NCBI GenBank assembly: GCA_051294905.1
Contig: CM119372.1
Span: 8,494,001-8,558,000 of the forward strand
DNA from: Botryllus schlosseri
Taxonomy: Eukaryota
DNA length: 64,000 bases
Direction: 5' to 3'
Part shown: positions 39,776 to 51,593 of the stretch, piece by piece
Position numbering within the stretch: the stretch's first letter is position 1
Layout of the letters: each line of letters opens with the position of its first letter
Position numbers and translations under genes: made by a program
Notes under the pieces: generated by a model
Told to the model about the DNA's origin: nothing
The model's database searches: none
Seen by the model: only the letters and a program-made list of their open reading frames with translations

Positions 39776-39993
39776 TCAAAAATACGTAAGAGCACGAGAG
39801 GAGAGCTCTCGGCAAGCGAGAGAAAGAGAACTTTTCAGATGCGGCGAACACTTCAACACTTCCGCCATCAGCTTGTAGTCCGGCGTCGTCAAACGCTGTT
39901 GCAGCAGAGAGTCCGCGAGCTTCAGCAGGCCGGCTACATTTTCGCGGGTGATATCCGCGGGCACCAATCGCGAGACAGCTTGTGAACATATTC
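39776..39993 (-). CDS. CDAN1: Codanin-1, last coding exon
   Basis: TTCAG acceptor, phase 1; GICSQAVSRLVPADITRENVAGLLKLADSLLQQ...TYF*. Confidence 0.65.
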
Positions 39994-40481
39994 CTGAATC
40001 GAAAAGATGCTTCGGCGTCGGACCAAATACATAAACTCGTTCTCTCGAAGCGGATGATTATGCACAGAACGACCTTCCTCGACTAATAGTCTCTAGTTGT
40101 TATGACTATTTCACTAGCAAAAGTGATGCAAACATTTTCCAAAACCGCATTCTAAATAATACAAAATCGAAAATGTGGCTTCCAAACCATAACATCGAAT
40201 TTTGTAATCATAACCCCTCTGGAAATCAGTGGCAGGAGATAAAACCCACTTCAGTAATTCGAATAGTAGATATAAACCGCAAATGACTCGTCATCATAAT
40301 CTTTGCAGCAATTCGTTGCGTTGCGTGAGGTAGGACCGGGGGCAGAGTCCTCTCCGTCCCTACAAATTGCCGCAGAATTTGTGAAATAACAGGGCATGAC
40401 ACAGCAGCTATCAATTGCAGTGAAACAACCATTTTTCAACAATCCAATATACAATTGATCAGTATACTCCTATTGAAATAA

Positions 40482-40515
40482 ACCAGAATAATTTCGGCTG
40501 ATACTCGTCAGGGGC
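40482..40515 (-). ncRNA. Hammerhead-bearing repeat, copy 4 (core intact, stems weakened)
   Basis: GCCC-CTGACGA-GTATCAGCC-GAAA-TTAT-TC-TGGT on minus; sense within the last CDAN1 intron; homology spans about 40441-40591. Confidence 0.65.
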
Positions 40516-40631
40516 AATTGTTAGCAACTAGTAGAGGATTGGAAAGAACATTGTATATCAACAATCGTATCACAAATACGACGTCACCAGCACGAACAAT
40601 CTCGCGGTTTCGCATGGCCAAATCCACTCAC

Positions 40632-40788
40632 CATTTTCTTTTTTAAAAGTCATCCTGACGCAGTACTCCTTCATGACCTGCAACAGCGACGAGATCGACG
40701 TAATATCAGGCACTGCGCAATCTTCGCAAGCCCCTACAAAATCCGTAATCTCCATCTCACCAAGATCAACTGCTACAGTAGTCAACGA
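40632..40788 (-). CDS. CDAN1: Codanin-1 exon
   Basis: TTGTAG acceptor and GTGAGT donor; phases 0/1 consistent. Confidence 0.75.
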
Positions 40789-40850
40789 CTACAAAGGAAA
40801 TAGGGGTCAGAACAAAAAATACTCGGCCCGGCAATCACCCTTAAGCGAAC

Positions 40851-40976
40851 CGTGGAAATATTCGTCAGCCTGGCCTTCACCGACATTGAAACGAGCTCGT
40901 CGAGACGCGAGCTTAGCCAGGCGCGAACGCTCTCCTTGGACTTTCGAGTGGCGATGGTGGTGGCCAATTGCACAAC
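40851..40976 (-). CDS. CDAN1: Codanin-1 exon
   Basis: VVQLATTIATRKSKESVRAWLSSRLDELVSMSVKA, similar to human [29 protein letters not shown]; donor position has an alternative 12 nt away. Confidence 0.8.
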
Positions 40977-41143
40977 CTGCAGAGTGATGGGCGCATGGTA
41001 GATATTTTCCGGCAACAGGGAGTAGTCACCTAGGACGGATGAAAATTGAGCGGGAGGGACAGAATTTCTATAAACAATGTCATGTCGTCATTTTCAACCT
41101 AACAAAAATTTTTAGGGGCATTTGCTTTGGTCATGACTCAGCA

Positions 41144-41509
41144 TTGGGTTGTAACCAAGTCACAAGTCCAGAGCAACGAGTCGAGTCCGAGTCATAGTGT
41201 TAACACTCAAGTCCGAGTCCAAGTCACGTGTTTACTGTCAATTTCGAGTCACACACAACCCGCTCTGCTACAACTCTGCTTATACAATATCATATACCTC
41301 GCATTCATAATATGGTCATTTTTGCATCCGCACTCTTAACAGTTTGTGATACTATTTTTCAAGTACCAGTACTGTCAAACGAAATACCAATAATGTGGGA
41401 ACTTTGCTAAACTTCGAAATTACAATGAATCGGCAGTCATGGCCATCCGAGTCTCGAGTCATATGACTTGGTCGAGTCATGCAAAATGACTCGAGTCACT
41501 ACAACCCTG
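41144..41509. mobile_element. hAT-type MITE (GACTCGAGTC subterminal repeats)
   Basis: ...GGGTTG / CAACCCTG termini; TSD ACTCAGCA/ACTCACCA; relatives at about 45875-46400, 60927-61114 and 61129-61499. Confidence 0.75.
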
Positions 41510-41626
41510 ACTCACCATCGTAAAACATGTTGCATACGACTAATAAACATTCGAGATATGACATTTCTGTCAATGACTGTGAAGTTACACAGATAAATGC
41601 TACGAAGTTTGGTAAATGCACCTCAA

Positions 41627-42250
41627 AGGAGCTCTGCACTCTAAAAATGATGTGGTCTCAAATTGAAGGGCAAAACGAAAAAAAAGTTTTTGGCCGCAGC
41701 CATTTTCTTCAGAAAGCCACCTTAATGGAGCTGCAATTAATTGAAATTTCCACAAGTGTTTCACGCTCCAGCAGTCACGCAGAGATTGAGCTTTATACAG
41801 TTGTCAGCCGATGTTATGAAGGAAATATGTCGTACACGCCAAGGTGGTTTAGATACCGCGTTCAACGGAAAATGTTCAGTCAGGAGATTTATGTCAAAAT
41901 CGGGCCTAGTCTAACAATATTTTATACATAAACAATGTTTTATACACTAGAATAGAATAGAATACACTAGGCCCGATTTTGACCTAAATCTCCTTACCGG
42001 ACATCGTCCATTGAACGGGGTATCTAAACCACCTTGGCGTGTACGACATATTTCTTCCTTAACATCGGCTGACAACTATATAAAGTTTGATCTCTGCGAG
42101 ACTGCTGGAGTGTGAAACACTTGTGGAAATTTCAATAAATTGCAGCTCCATTACGGTGGCGTTCTGAAGAAAATGGCTGCGACCAAAATTCTTTTTTTTT
42201 GTTTTGCCCTTCAATTTGAGACCACATCATTTTTAGAGTGCAGTGCCCCT
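41627..42250. mobile_element. Palindromic MITE, Kolobok-like
   Basis: About 280-bp inverted arms; AGG(A/G)GC termini flanked by TCAA and CTAA, read as a decayed TTAA. Confidence 0.6.
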
Positions 42251-42475
42251 CTAAGGTAGTTGCTACGTCTTTTGAATACCGGGTTATCGGTGAAGGTGCT
42301 AGTTTTATCAGTATCAAAAGTCTGATACCAATCGGGCTGTAGTTACAATAGGTGGTGCTCCAATGCTCTATTCCAAATAGCATCACTCCGGCTCTCGATT
42401 TCGCCGAGCCCCACGAGTAGAGAACAACCAGATGAATGCTGCATGAAGTGAGAACATTCCTCTAGTATGAAGTAC

Positions 42476-42599
42476 CTCAGGAGCAGTTTCACACGAGGAC
42501 AGGCATCGCAAGCATTCCGTCACCGCCGCGGAACAAAATTGGTCGCATTCGTCACGCATCCTTCTCCCGGCGCAGGCCTTGACGTCTTCGACGATATCC
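42476..42599 (-). CDS. CDAN1: Codanin-1 exon
   Basis: DIVEDVKACAGRRMRDECDQFCSAAVTECLRCLSSCETAPE; canonical splice sites; phases 2/0. Confidence 0.8.
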
Positions 42600-42851
42600 C
42601 TGGCGGAAAAATAGAGCTCAAGGGGACTAGCACCTCAACAGGGTTAACTTTCGAAGGGCTACACTCCCATCACCACAGAATATCTAAAATTGTAGTTCTA
42701 CCCCATATAATTTGGATTTGACAAGAGAAATAGTGCTCGGACACGCCAAACACTGTACCTCAAAATTGTGATGTTCCTGGTCCGCTCCAACGCCTGTTTT
42801 AGGAAGAGCTAGGACGGTTCTATATGTTGCTAAAGTTCGAAGGATTGATTA

Positions 42852-44649
42852 CACTGGTCTACAAATTTCCACTTTTTTTTTCAGGTTTGGGTTTTGACAA
42901 CTGATTTTGGCTAATTTGGGGGCGCTGATTCCGAAAATGGCCTCAGATTTTCTCCATCACATCACGTTTTTGAGATATGAAATATCCCTAATTTGAAGAA
43001 AAAATCAATTTTTGACCCCCCTCTGTTTTCAAAACAAGGAAATCTGATGCAATAAACAAGGTTTTATCTGCAATAATCCAGCTTTAGTTAGCAAACAAGC
43101 ATTCTATATTATATTCAAACAAATTTGCGTTGCATTTATTAAAATTTCATGCCTTGGAATAAAAAATAAGCAGGCAAAAGAGCAACTAACAAAGCTGGTA
43201 CAAGCGTGACATTTTAACGCAATGAGCAATGAAAGAATATTATCAGAACATCAAACCCGTTCTCGAAAAGTTGTAGTAGCATGACCATGGCTGGCTCATC
43301 TGTCTAGATTTGAAAATGGTGAACTTTTTGCTGGGGCTACACCGAATACCCATGTTTCCTATGCTACCGGGACAGCAGGGTCAAGGATCACCACTACTGG
43401 AACAAAGATGAGTGGCCTCCAAGGCTCACCTTGAAGCCTGGAGACAACAATATCATACGTGATCAGTTTGTTGTTATAAAAAACCACCTCTTGCCTCCTC
43501 TTCACGTCAAACCTGGTCCCATGAAACAATATGTAAAAGCTTTAGATTGTGAAGGGGGGTGTTTTAAAGGATATATGTTATGCTTTTTATGGTCTCAGTG
43601 AAGAGACAAAAGAACTGGGATTTTCAATGGACCTCAAATTAGGCAATTGTTAAAGGATTAAAACCTTGTATATAATCAATGTTGCCATTCGAGGCTAGAA
43701 CTTGGAATGCTTTCAGTGCTGTTTTTTGGGAAACAAAAAAGCAGAAAATTATAAAGATCTCTCAAGGGAGCTACCGCTTTGTTATGAAGATTTGGGATGC
43801 AGGATGAGCATCAAATTAACGATTTGAAGAGCCATGCGGATGAGTTTAGACAAAACCTTGCGAAAGTTAGTGAAGAACAGGGTGATGAATGTTTCAGCCA
43901 AGATATTAAAATTTTGGAGGCACGTTATCAAGGTCGGTGGGATTTATGGATTCATTTATTTCCCACACCAGTAAAAATCCGCTACCAGCAAGGACAAGGA
44001 CACAGTTGCCACATGTACCTGGATTTTCGTATGATAGCCGACTATTGATGGAGTTGGAAAAGAAAAATTCCAGATGCTGTTCGTAAAAGAAAGTCCCCCA
44101 AAAGATAATTTTTAAGCTTATAAGTGAAGACTTCATATTTTATGAAAGGTCTTTTTTTACTGTTTCTGAACTCGCCCTGTCCAAGTCCGTCGTCAGAATT
44201 TCTGCACTTCGTTGGAATGTCTATGTGCATATTGTGTGAACTCTAGGCTGTAATTCAGATAATACCTTGCTACTGTCCTATCCACATGTTCGTCAGCATA
44301 ATGAAGCATTCAATTTTATTATGGTTGCTCTTTTGCACGCCTATTTTTAATTCCGGGGCATAAAACTTTAATAAAGACAACACAAATTTGTATGAATCTA
44401 ACATAGAATGCTTGTTTGCTAATTAAAGCTAGATTATTGCAGGTAAAACAGTGTTTATTGCATCAGAATTCTTTGTTTTGACAATAGAGGGGGGTCAAAA
44501 ATTGAATTTTTAAAAAGAAATAGGGATATTTCATATCTCAATAACGTGATGTGATGGAGAAAATCTGAGGCCATTTTCGGATTCAGCGCCCCAAAATTAG
44601 CCAAAATCAATTGTCAAAACCCAAACCTGAAATTTTGTGTAGACCAGTG
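42852..44649 (+). mobile_element. Decayed Chapaev3-like (CMC) DNA transposon
   Basis: About 330-bp TIRs CACTGGTCTACA...TGTAGACCAGTG; TTA TSD at 42849-42851 and 44650-44652; frameshifted transposase remnants GYTEYPCFLC, LPPLHVKPGPMKQYVKAL, GIFNGPQIR, VSEEQG...QDIKILEARYQGRWD. Confidence 0.85.
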
Positions 44650-45299
44650 TTATGTGCCACTCATCATGGAGAAATTTCAAATTTCAGAATTCAATATCAG
44701 CGAGCGAGTCCTTTATGACAAAAATTTCGTAAAAATTTTCAGTTTACGGCGAAGTGATATAATAAAGTTTTACAAAGGAGGAAAACCATCCGAACATTTC
44801 GCAATAAAAGAAAATACCAAACGAACGCTCAGAAAAATGGAAATTTTTCAATTTTTATACATTTTTTCGGTGACACAAGGCCATGACAGAAGGACCGTGT
44901 AAAAAATTCCTACCAAAAGAATAAACTGATAATTGATACTTTTTTCAAATTTTCTAGGTGCTAGAACTAGAGGAGTTGGACCGTTAACGCTGTAAATTTC
45001 TACTAACTTACAAGTTACAGTAGCAATTTTGAAGACAGGTGCAAGTAGAAAACGACGGAATGAAAAATACTCAAATAGTTTCAAAACCTAGATTTGATGG
45101 AGGAGTAGCACCAGGATTGTAACGACTCGAAGAATAACTGTCATTCGTAAAATACGGAAAATGACTTGACCGGAGGCAATTTGTGCAAGTAGGCACATTC
45201 TACTGGAGGACTTTGTACCCGAGTCGAAGCTCTTCGTCACCGACCGCCACTGGGCTTAACGGACCTGGAAAACTTTATATTTTGTCTGTGATGTTTTTG

Positions 45300-45516
45300 T
45301 CGTATATACACCGACTCATGATGCACATACACACGATCTGTGCATATGCCGTTGTATAAGGAAGGTGAAGAAATAGCCCTGTAAGACGTTCTAATCTTAC
45401 ACCACCCCTCAAGCCACATATACCAGTTTTACTAATAAATATCTTTGTCTGACCTGGCCGGAGATTGAACCCGCGACCGGACGATCAAGAAGCGGACGCT
45501 CCACCATTAGACTACC
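45300..45516 (-). mobile_element. tRNA-derived SINE (possibly Meta-domain type)
   Basis: A-box-like TAGTCTAATGGTGGAG and B-box GGTTCAATCTCC followed by GGTCAGAC-AAAGA; second copy at 62390-62540; 3' boundary uncertain. Confidence 0.65.
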
Positions 45517-45549
45517 TTGTCAAAAACGTTATCGTCGACAAATAATCAC

Positions 45550-45773
45550 CTGATAAACGGGACTCTCGACGAATGGTTGGACAAGTCCACGCTCCCCTCT
45601 CTTAACCGCACCCTGAATATCTCTTCAGCCTGGTCGCAGACACCCAGCATGGACACAGACCGGATTTGCTTTACGCAGTTAGACGCGCAACGCTCCGACA
45701 CGAATTCCACGGTACGCTTCAAGGACGACGGTTGTCCACGGAAGAAATGCTCTTCCAGCTTGCGCTGCACTTG
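45550..45773 (-). CDS. CDAN1: Codanin-1 exon (Codanin-1_C domain)
   Basis: KLEEHFFRGQPSSLKRTVEFVSERCASNCVKQIR, similar to human [33 protein letters not shown]. Confidence 0.92.
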
Positions 45774-46590
45774 CTGGAAACAACAGAAAGTTAAGAATCA
45801 AGAAGTGCCGACCACTGGGGCTGGGCACAATCATTTGTGTACTCCGATTCGAATCGAATATTGATAGCAGGCTTGCAATGACTCGATTTGTGTTCTTTTG
45901 GTGACCCGACTTGACTTGAGTCATCTTCTTAAAATACGGAAAATGACTCAACTCGGGACAGTTTGTGTATTGACTCGATTTGCACTAGATTCATTGCGCA
46001 CGACTCGAGACTCTGACGGCCAAGACACGCATTTCATTGCAACTTCGAAGAATAGTAAAGATACCACATTATCGTATTTCGTCTATCAGCACTGGTTCTT
46101 GAAAAATAGGGCCCGGACTGAGGAAACTACTGTATTATGAATGCGTGGCATTCTACATCACCCAAGAGGTGTAAAAAGTGGGCTGAACGTTGAACATATC
46201 CCGAGCTTGAAATTGAACATTCAACACAATGACTTGGACCCGAGGCTCGACACTATGATTCAGACTCGACCCTATGCAACCCAGCTTGGTTCCGAACTTG
46301 ACTCGATGGTGAATTGAAAATCGCACGACTTGACTCGAGTCCAAACCATAAAAGGGAGATTGACTTGTGGCTCGAAACCTTGCGACTTCATTACAACCCT
46401 GCGTACTCGGCACGATACTACTATGAGCATGCTCCACTTCAGCTTGTGGATGGAAGTTAGGTTTAGGGTAGGGCTAGTTTTTCGGTTATAACATCACATG
46501 CTCAACTGTCGTTTTTCATCGTGTCGCATGCTCAGATGGCGGGCAACCCAATTACATGTAGAAGTATTGATTTCCAAAAGTAATCGCGAC

Positions 46591-46794
46591 CTTCTCCTTC
46601 TTTTCGGCAACACTTGGCTCTTTTTCGGTGTTGGGCTTGATTTTTCTGGACGGCGTTTGCGATGCTTTCGACGAGCCCGTATTGCAAGTCAGTATCGATG
46701 TCGTCATCTCCCTTGTCGCCGGGAAGGAATCGTAAATTGCAGTGCACGAGATCAGCTCCGCGCAGAGCGAATCGAACGATGATGTTTCCGACGC
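46591..46794 (-). CDS. CDAN1: Codanin-1 exon
   Basis: IYDSFPATREM...GSS...SRKIKP, similar to human LYTCCPYIGEL...GSS...MRKITP; weak donor. Confidence 0.75.
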
Positions 46795-47125
46795 CTGACA
46801 GCAAAGGAAAAATTCAACGCATAAAAGGATATATCGCAACGAACAATATGTTTAATAAGCTTCTCTAATGTCGATAAATGTGGTTAACCGAACTCGGAAT
46901 GTTAACAGAATCTCGTCGCTGTGACGATCATACAACGATGCATTTTGTCACAGTGTGCTGTCTCAAGATTTCTTTACTCGATTTTCTTTACTATTTCTAG
47001 TAACTTAACCGGCTAACTGTTTACGTGGTGGAGCCTAGCTCAGAAGTATGCAAGATCGGTCACAGATCCATACCTAATAATCAATGTTTTTGCATAACTA
47101 GGTTTGAAGAATTCACATCCCTTAC

Positions 47126-47315
47126 CTCTTTCCTTTTCCTAGGCGCCAGGTCCATTTTCATCACCCCGGAAGGGGCGCATTCTGGGCCGGGAAGCCCGGC
47201 AAAGCCACTAACACGGTTGCCGGGCTGAACGATCGTTTCCGAAAGGTTGGAGACAAGCAAGACCATGTAAAACTGTCCGGTGGATAGGGCGTTGTTCGAC
47301 AGAAACACACTTTTC
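47126..47315 (-). CDS. CDAN1: Codanin-1 exon
   Basis: TTAAG acceptor and GTAAGG donor; phases 2/0 consistent. Confidence 0.7.
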
Positions 47316-47691
47316 CTTAACGCAAAATGTATCGTCGCATTCCAAAGTAGGTAGTCGACCGGAAAGGGTCAAGCATAACAACTTGAATAAGCGGTTCAAG
47401 TAGGGAAAACATTTTCGAGCACTCTGAAATAGCGGAGATACCAGCCAAGAGCCATTAAAATAGAGATTTATTAGAGCCGCAAACAAATTTCGATGCTTCT
47501 ACTGATAACTGAATGCGCGAATAGATACGTGCTGATGGGATACCCTTCACAATATGAAAAATATCAGAATGCATTCAAAAGAACAGATAACTAGATTAGG
47601 ATAGGCAGGTTACAAGAAGGGCTTTCAAAAGGGAGTCCAGCTTGGGAAGGGTGTTGTCTTCGATTCTAGTGGCCCACACGAATATGCCTAC

Positions 47692-47887
47692 CTCAAGACG
47701 GAGAATAGCGTTTCTATGATGGCGGCAAGCTTTGCCGATCCAGACAACGGCGTACTTGTTGCACCTCTCAAATACTCGACCGCCCACGGAATGGTGACGA
47801 GCGCGTGCTGGCGCTCGGCGGCCGCGTGAATCGCGGGAAGAACACGATCGAACACGGAAAATTCGGTGACATCCGTAGAAATACCGT
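47692..47887 (-). CDS. CDAN1: Codanin-1 exon
   Basis: RQHALVTIPWAVEYL, similar to human RGRAVLTVPWLVEFL; phases 1/2. Confidence 0.85.
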
Positions 47888-48585
47888 CTGCGAACGAAAA
47901 AATAGTTGTGATGATATTCCTCAGCAACCAAGCACTCCTGCTTTACCGAAGTACTCAAGTAGGTTCCGCCTTCTCGCACTTTTACTTACTGAAGTGGTAA
48001 TGTTTTTTGACTAATTCCACTTCTACTCGTAGTTTGTTAGGAAAAACTAGTTACTTTTAAAAAGTCGAATTAGAAAGTGGTTCTGGGATAAGTTTGCATT
48101 ACTTTGATGAATGAAATAGTCCAGAACATATTTTGGACAGTTTTTTTCGCATTCTACTTTTTTGGAGCCCTTAATCACATTTTGCCTGCATCGCACCCCT
48201 TACTCAAACGGATCTGCATTTCGACCACGTCCACTTCCACCCGACGAGACTTTGTATTTTATCAAGTAGAAAGTAGTTTCGGAATACATTTCCATCTCGC
48301 TTACAAATGACATAGTGACATAGCGACTGGGTGAAATAGCCCCAGAATAACTCTTAACTAAATATTTTCCGAAAATTACGTCAATTTGTAATGGTTTTGA
48401 TCAAAGCCACTTCCATATTTTTCAAATCTCCGTTTTCCAAGTCCTCTCGAAGTAGTTTTGACACGACTCGAAAATCACAACTTGTGCTTGTAATTGGATA
48501 CAAATACCCACCGCTACTTTTAATTCTACTTGAGTACCAACGACGACTACTTCGACCACATCCAGCGGACAACCCGCGTACTTAC

Positions 48586-48674
48586 CACAGCGGTAAGGTC
48601 CGAACACAACGCTGCCTAATAAATGTCCCAACAGTCGGACGGATGATATCAGTCTCGTCAACGACGACGTGACA
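48586..48674 (-). CDS. CDAN1: Codanin-1 exon
   Basis: VRLLGHLLGSVVFGPYR, similar to human LRLLAKFLGFVAFLPYR; GTAAGT donor. Confidence 0.88.
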
Positions 48675-48736
48675 CTAAAACGATACAGATGACAGTGAGA
48701 TTTGGAGAGATTAAAATTTTCACACAGTCCGTTTAC

Positions 48737-48875
48737 CTTGGAATGTCGACCGATTCCGCCAGAAGTTCGCCGAGGATTAGTTGAACCTGCACGGTCTCGG
48801 CGTCTGATATCCTGTTCCGTATTTCGTTGCACAGGTGGGTGTTCAAGGAGTGGTTATCGGCGCACAACACAAACT
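48737..48875 (-). CDS. CDAN1: Codanin-1 exon
   Basis: EFVLCADNHSLNTHLCNEIRNRI, similar to human [23 protein letters not shown]. Confidence 0.85.
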
Positions 48876-49811
48876 CTGCAAATGTTGCGAATTTTGATCA
48901 AAGGACATAGCTATATATTCACCGAGATTCGATTGTGTACAATAACATCAAATTTGACTTTTTTCAACTAAATGCTGGTAGCGATTTCGCAAATATATTG
49001 CATTACATCAAATGATCTACGATTTGTTGTCAAGAAATTACCAAGAACCAGATGCGAAGCCAGCCAAGAAAAAAAAAGGGGCAGAACTGAATAAAGGGGG
49101 CAGAATAAACATCTCTGAGTCATATCTTTTGCGACTTCTGTATTCGGTACATTACGGTAATAACCAGATGATTGGCTGGAAAGTGTACCTAACTGGCGAA
49201 TCTAATTACTGAAAGCGAGTTAGCAATCAACAACTTCCACAGGGATCATGTTACAAAGTGCACACACTCGTCTTGTAACAGAGCAGCAGATCTCATTTGC
49301 ATTCAAATAAGCAATCGACCGTGAAAATATACAAGAACATTTCACAGCTAACAATTACAATCTATGCAGCGCGAAATCTGTTATATCGTGATGAATTTTG
49401 ACATGATTCAGTTCGAGTGTAAGAGTAACACGTCTGTTAGGTGTATTAATTCTATTCATTTCGAACATAGCGCATATACTAATTGTACCTGCATTATAAT
49501 GACTTGGAAAGGGGTAGAACATTCTGCAATTCTGCCCCCCTGGCTACGCCCCTGGTATTAACGCATGACATCGCTTAAAACCAACAACATTCTGTCTCAA
49601 CAGTTATCGAACCACGAATAACACAAACTACTGGACAAGTTGCATGTACATTACCGGTACCCATGTCTGGGGTCGAGAAATTGAGGCGCAAAACCAAAAT
49701 CGGTGAAATTGACCCCTTCTCATGGGCACATATAGGCAAAATATACACAGATGCCTGCCTACATAAGGCATATATTGGGCCCAATAACCTCAACAGCCAT
49801 ATCCTACCAAC

Positions 49812-50029
49812 CTTTATAGAAGAATATGCTATCCAACAAGACGTCACGATCCTTATTTGAATTTTGAGCGTTTGATCCGAAAAATCTCGATTGCAGTCTT
49901 TTGAATTTTTCCGGATCGCCCTGTCTGAATTTGACTAGTATGTCGGCTTTATTGGCGCAGGCGAGTCCCGGGTCCGAGTCTCCGCGACAGCCTGACGTCA
50001 CTTCCTGCAGAATTTGGTTGACGAAAAGC
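49812..50029 (-). CDS. CDAN1: Codanin-1 exon
   Basis: RLFVNQILQE...DPEKFKRLQSRF; phases 2/1. Confidence 0.8.
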
Positions 50030-50091
50030 CTTGAGGAAAAAAACCTTGTAAACTTTTACTATCTGATTTTATTATTTTACGCACGAGTTAC

Positions 50092-50179
50092 CTGACGAAA
50101 TGTCTACACGTTCCCGACACAAGAACTTGCTTCACGATGCTGTGGATCTTGTTGTACAGGTGTTCCTGCAATCGGAAAT
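50092..50179 (-). CDS. CDAN1: Codanin-1 exon
   Basis: KIHSIVKQVLVSGTCRHFVR, similar to human [20 protein letters not shown]. Confidence 0.82.
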
Positions 50180-50488
50180 CTGAAAATAATCAAACGTACC
50201 AAGGTTGTTCCTGTGGGAGTGCTAGATTTCAGAGCAAGGAAAACTACACAGGAGCAGTGGTAAATCGAGGCAGCACTGGTGGGTTGAAAAATCAGCCAGG
50301 AAACTCCATCAGCGGATCTTTTACCGCACCAGCCTTCAATATCAACAAACTATAGTTAGATTTGATACTGGCAGACACTATTATTCTCGTCAGTTAAAAT
50401 ATTTCCAAGGCTCAAGTATAATGTATATTTGTATCACGTTCGAATTCTGGCTTGCCGTATAAAATTACACTATTAATCAATGTCATAC

Positions 50489-50657
50489 TTGGATCGTGTT
50501 TCCTTTCTTCGTACTCTCTCAGAATAACGTAGAAAAAGTCGCGGTGCTTCCTGAACGAATGAAACGCGCCGTCCGTCGAAAAGTTGCTTCTGTCGTCGGT
50601 ATCGGCATCGAAAATGACGCTCGAAAGCCCGCGATGCCTTTGCTCATCTTGGTAACT
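50489..50657 (-). CDS. CDAN1: Codanin-1 exon
   Basis: SVIFDADTDDRSNFSTDGAFHSFRKHRDFFYVILREYE, similar to human [36 protein letters not shown]. Confidence 0.92.
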
Positions 50658-51088
50658 CTTCACCGAAAAAAAAAGAAGAAATTTTAGTGTCACCCCTTGA
50701 TACCGATCAACGGTTAACCTTACCTAAGCAATCGTCAACGACATAAAACGAGTCTAGAACATGAATGGCACACATTTATACAAACTATTACGACGTTGAC
50801 TTGACAAACTATAATACTTCGCCACTGCAATTGAAATATTCCTCTTGTAGAGGGACAGGGAGAGACATTCCACGTAGTTGATAACTACGGAACTCACAAA
50901 TCGATGAATACCAACATCTTAGACATTTTGGTCAAATTTTCTCTACATTTCAGTGCTAAACCAGCTAACTTAGTCAAACCGTCCAAGCACTTACAATTAA
51001 CAATTTCTCGAACCAGTTAAACAGTTCCAACTCGATAAAATGGAACTAAATGCTCGATTTAAATCTAAGAATCGCCAAAACCCAATAC

Positions 51089-51172
51089 CTCAGACGATGT
51101 ACCATCACAGCCTCGGCGTTCCATAGAGCTCACTAGTGTCTGAAGTTGACTTGGCAGCGTTGGAAGAAAAGT
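51089..51172 (-). CDS. CDAN1: Codanin-1 exon
   Basis: TFLPTLPSQLQ...; phases 0/0; canonical splice sites. Confidence 0.75.
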
Positions 51173-51233
51173 CTGAATAAATCAGAGACCACACAGATGC
51201 ACAACTTACCGACAAATTTTAATCATGCTTTAC

Positions 51234-51397
51234 CTGGATTCCTTGGTTTTGAGATAAAAAGCTCAGAGTCGAGCAGTTCAAGACCGATATGAAACCACTG
51301 TCGGTCAGGCTTTGTATCGCGTGTGCCGCAAAATAGACACAGTTGGCAGCGTTTGCCAACAAGGCATGGTGGGGAGAAGTTTGTTTCGCAGTAACGT
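51234..51397 (-). CDS. CDAN1: Codanin-1 exon
   Basis: NCVYFAAHAIQ...LNCSTLSFLSQN, similar to human DCVFFAVQVLE...LDKGTLKLLAEN. Confidence 0.88.
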
Positions 51398-51465
51398 CTG
51401 GAAACACATAAGTTCCGAAGTAGCCCAGGAAAAATCGTAGGAATGAATTGGACGGCATTAGGTAC

Positions 51466-51593
51466 CTGAACGTAACTCTTCAGCGGCATTCCATCGCAAG
51501 CCACAGATAAGAAGATCGATGACAAATTGCAGCTCTGATAAGAAACTTGGCACCAAAAATGTGTTCAAGTAATGGCAGTAGAGAGCGCAAAGC
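51466..51593 (-). CDS. CDAN1: Codanin-1 exon
   Basis: LCALYCHYLNTFLVPSFLSELQFVIDLL, similar to human [28 protein letters not shown]. Confidence 0.88.

Noticed and set aside
39557-39985. 142-aa plus-strand ORF
   Set aside because: Antisense shadow of the last CDAN1 exon
45449-45516. Bona fide tRNA gene
   Set aside because: A and B boxes are present but there is no proper acceptor stem or anticodon arm; it continues into a shared repeat body, so it is a SINE head
47316-47490. Apparent frameshifted CDAN1 exon (MALGWYL / KCFPYLNRLFKLL)
   Set aside because: A phase-consistent model without a frameshift exists (47315-47126 then 46794-46591), so this is treated as intron
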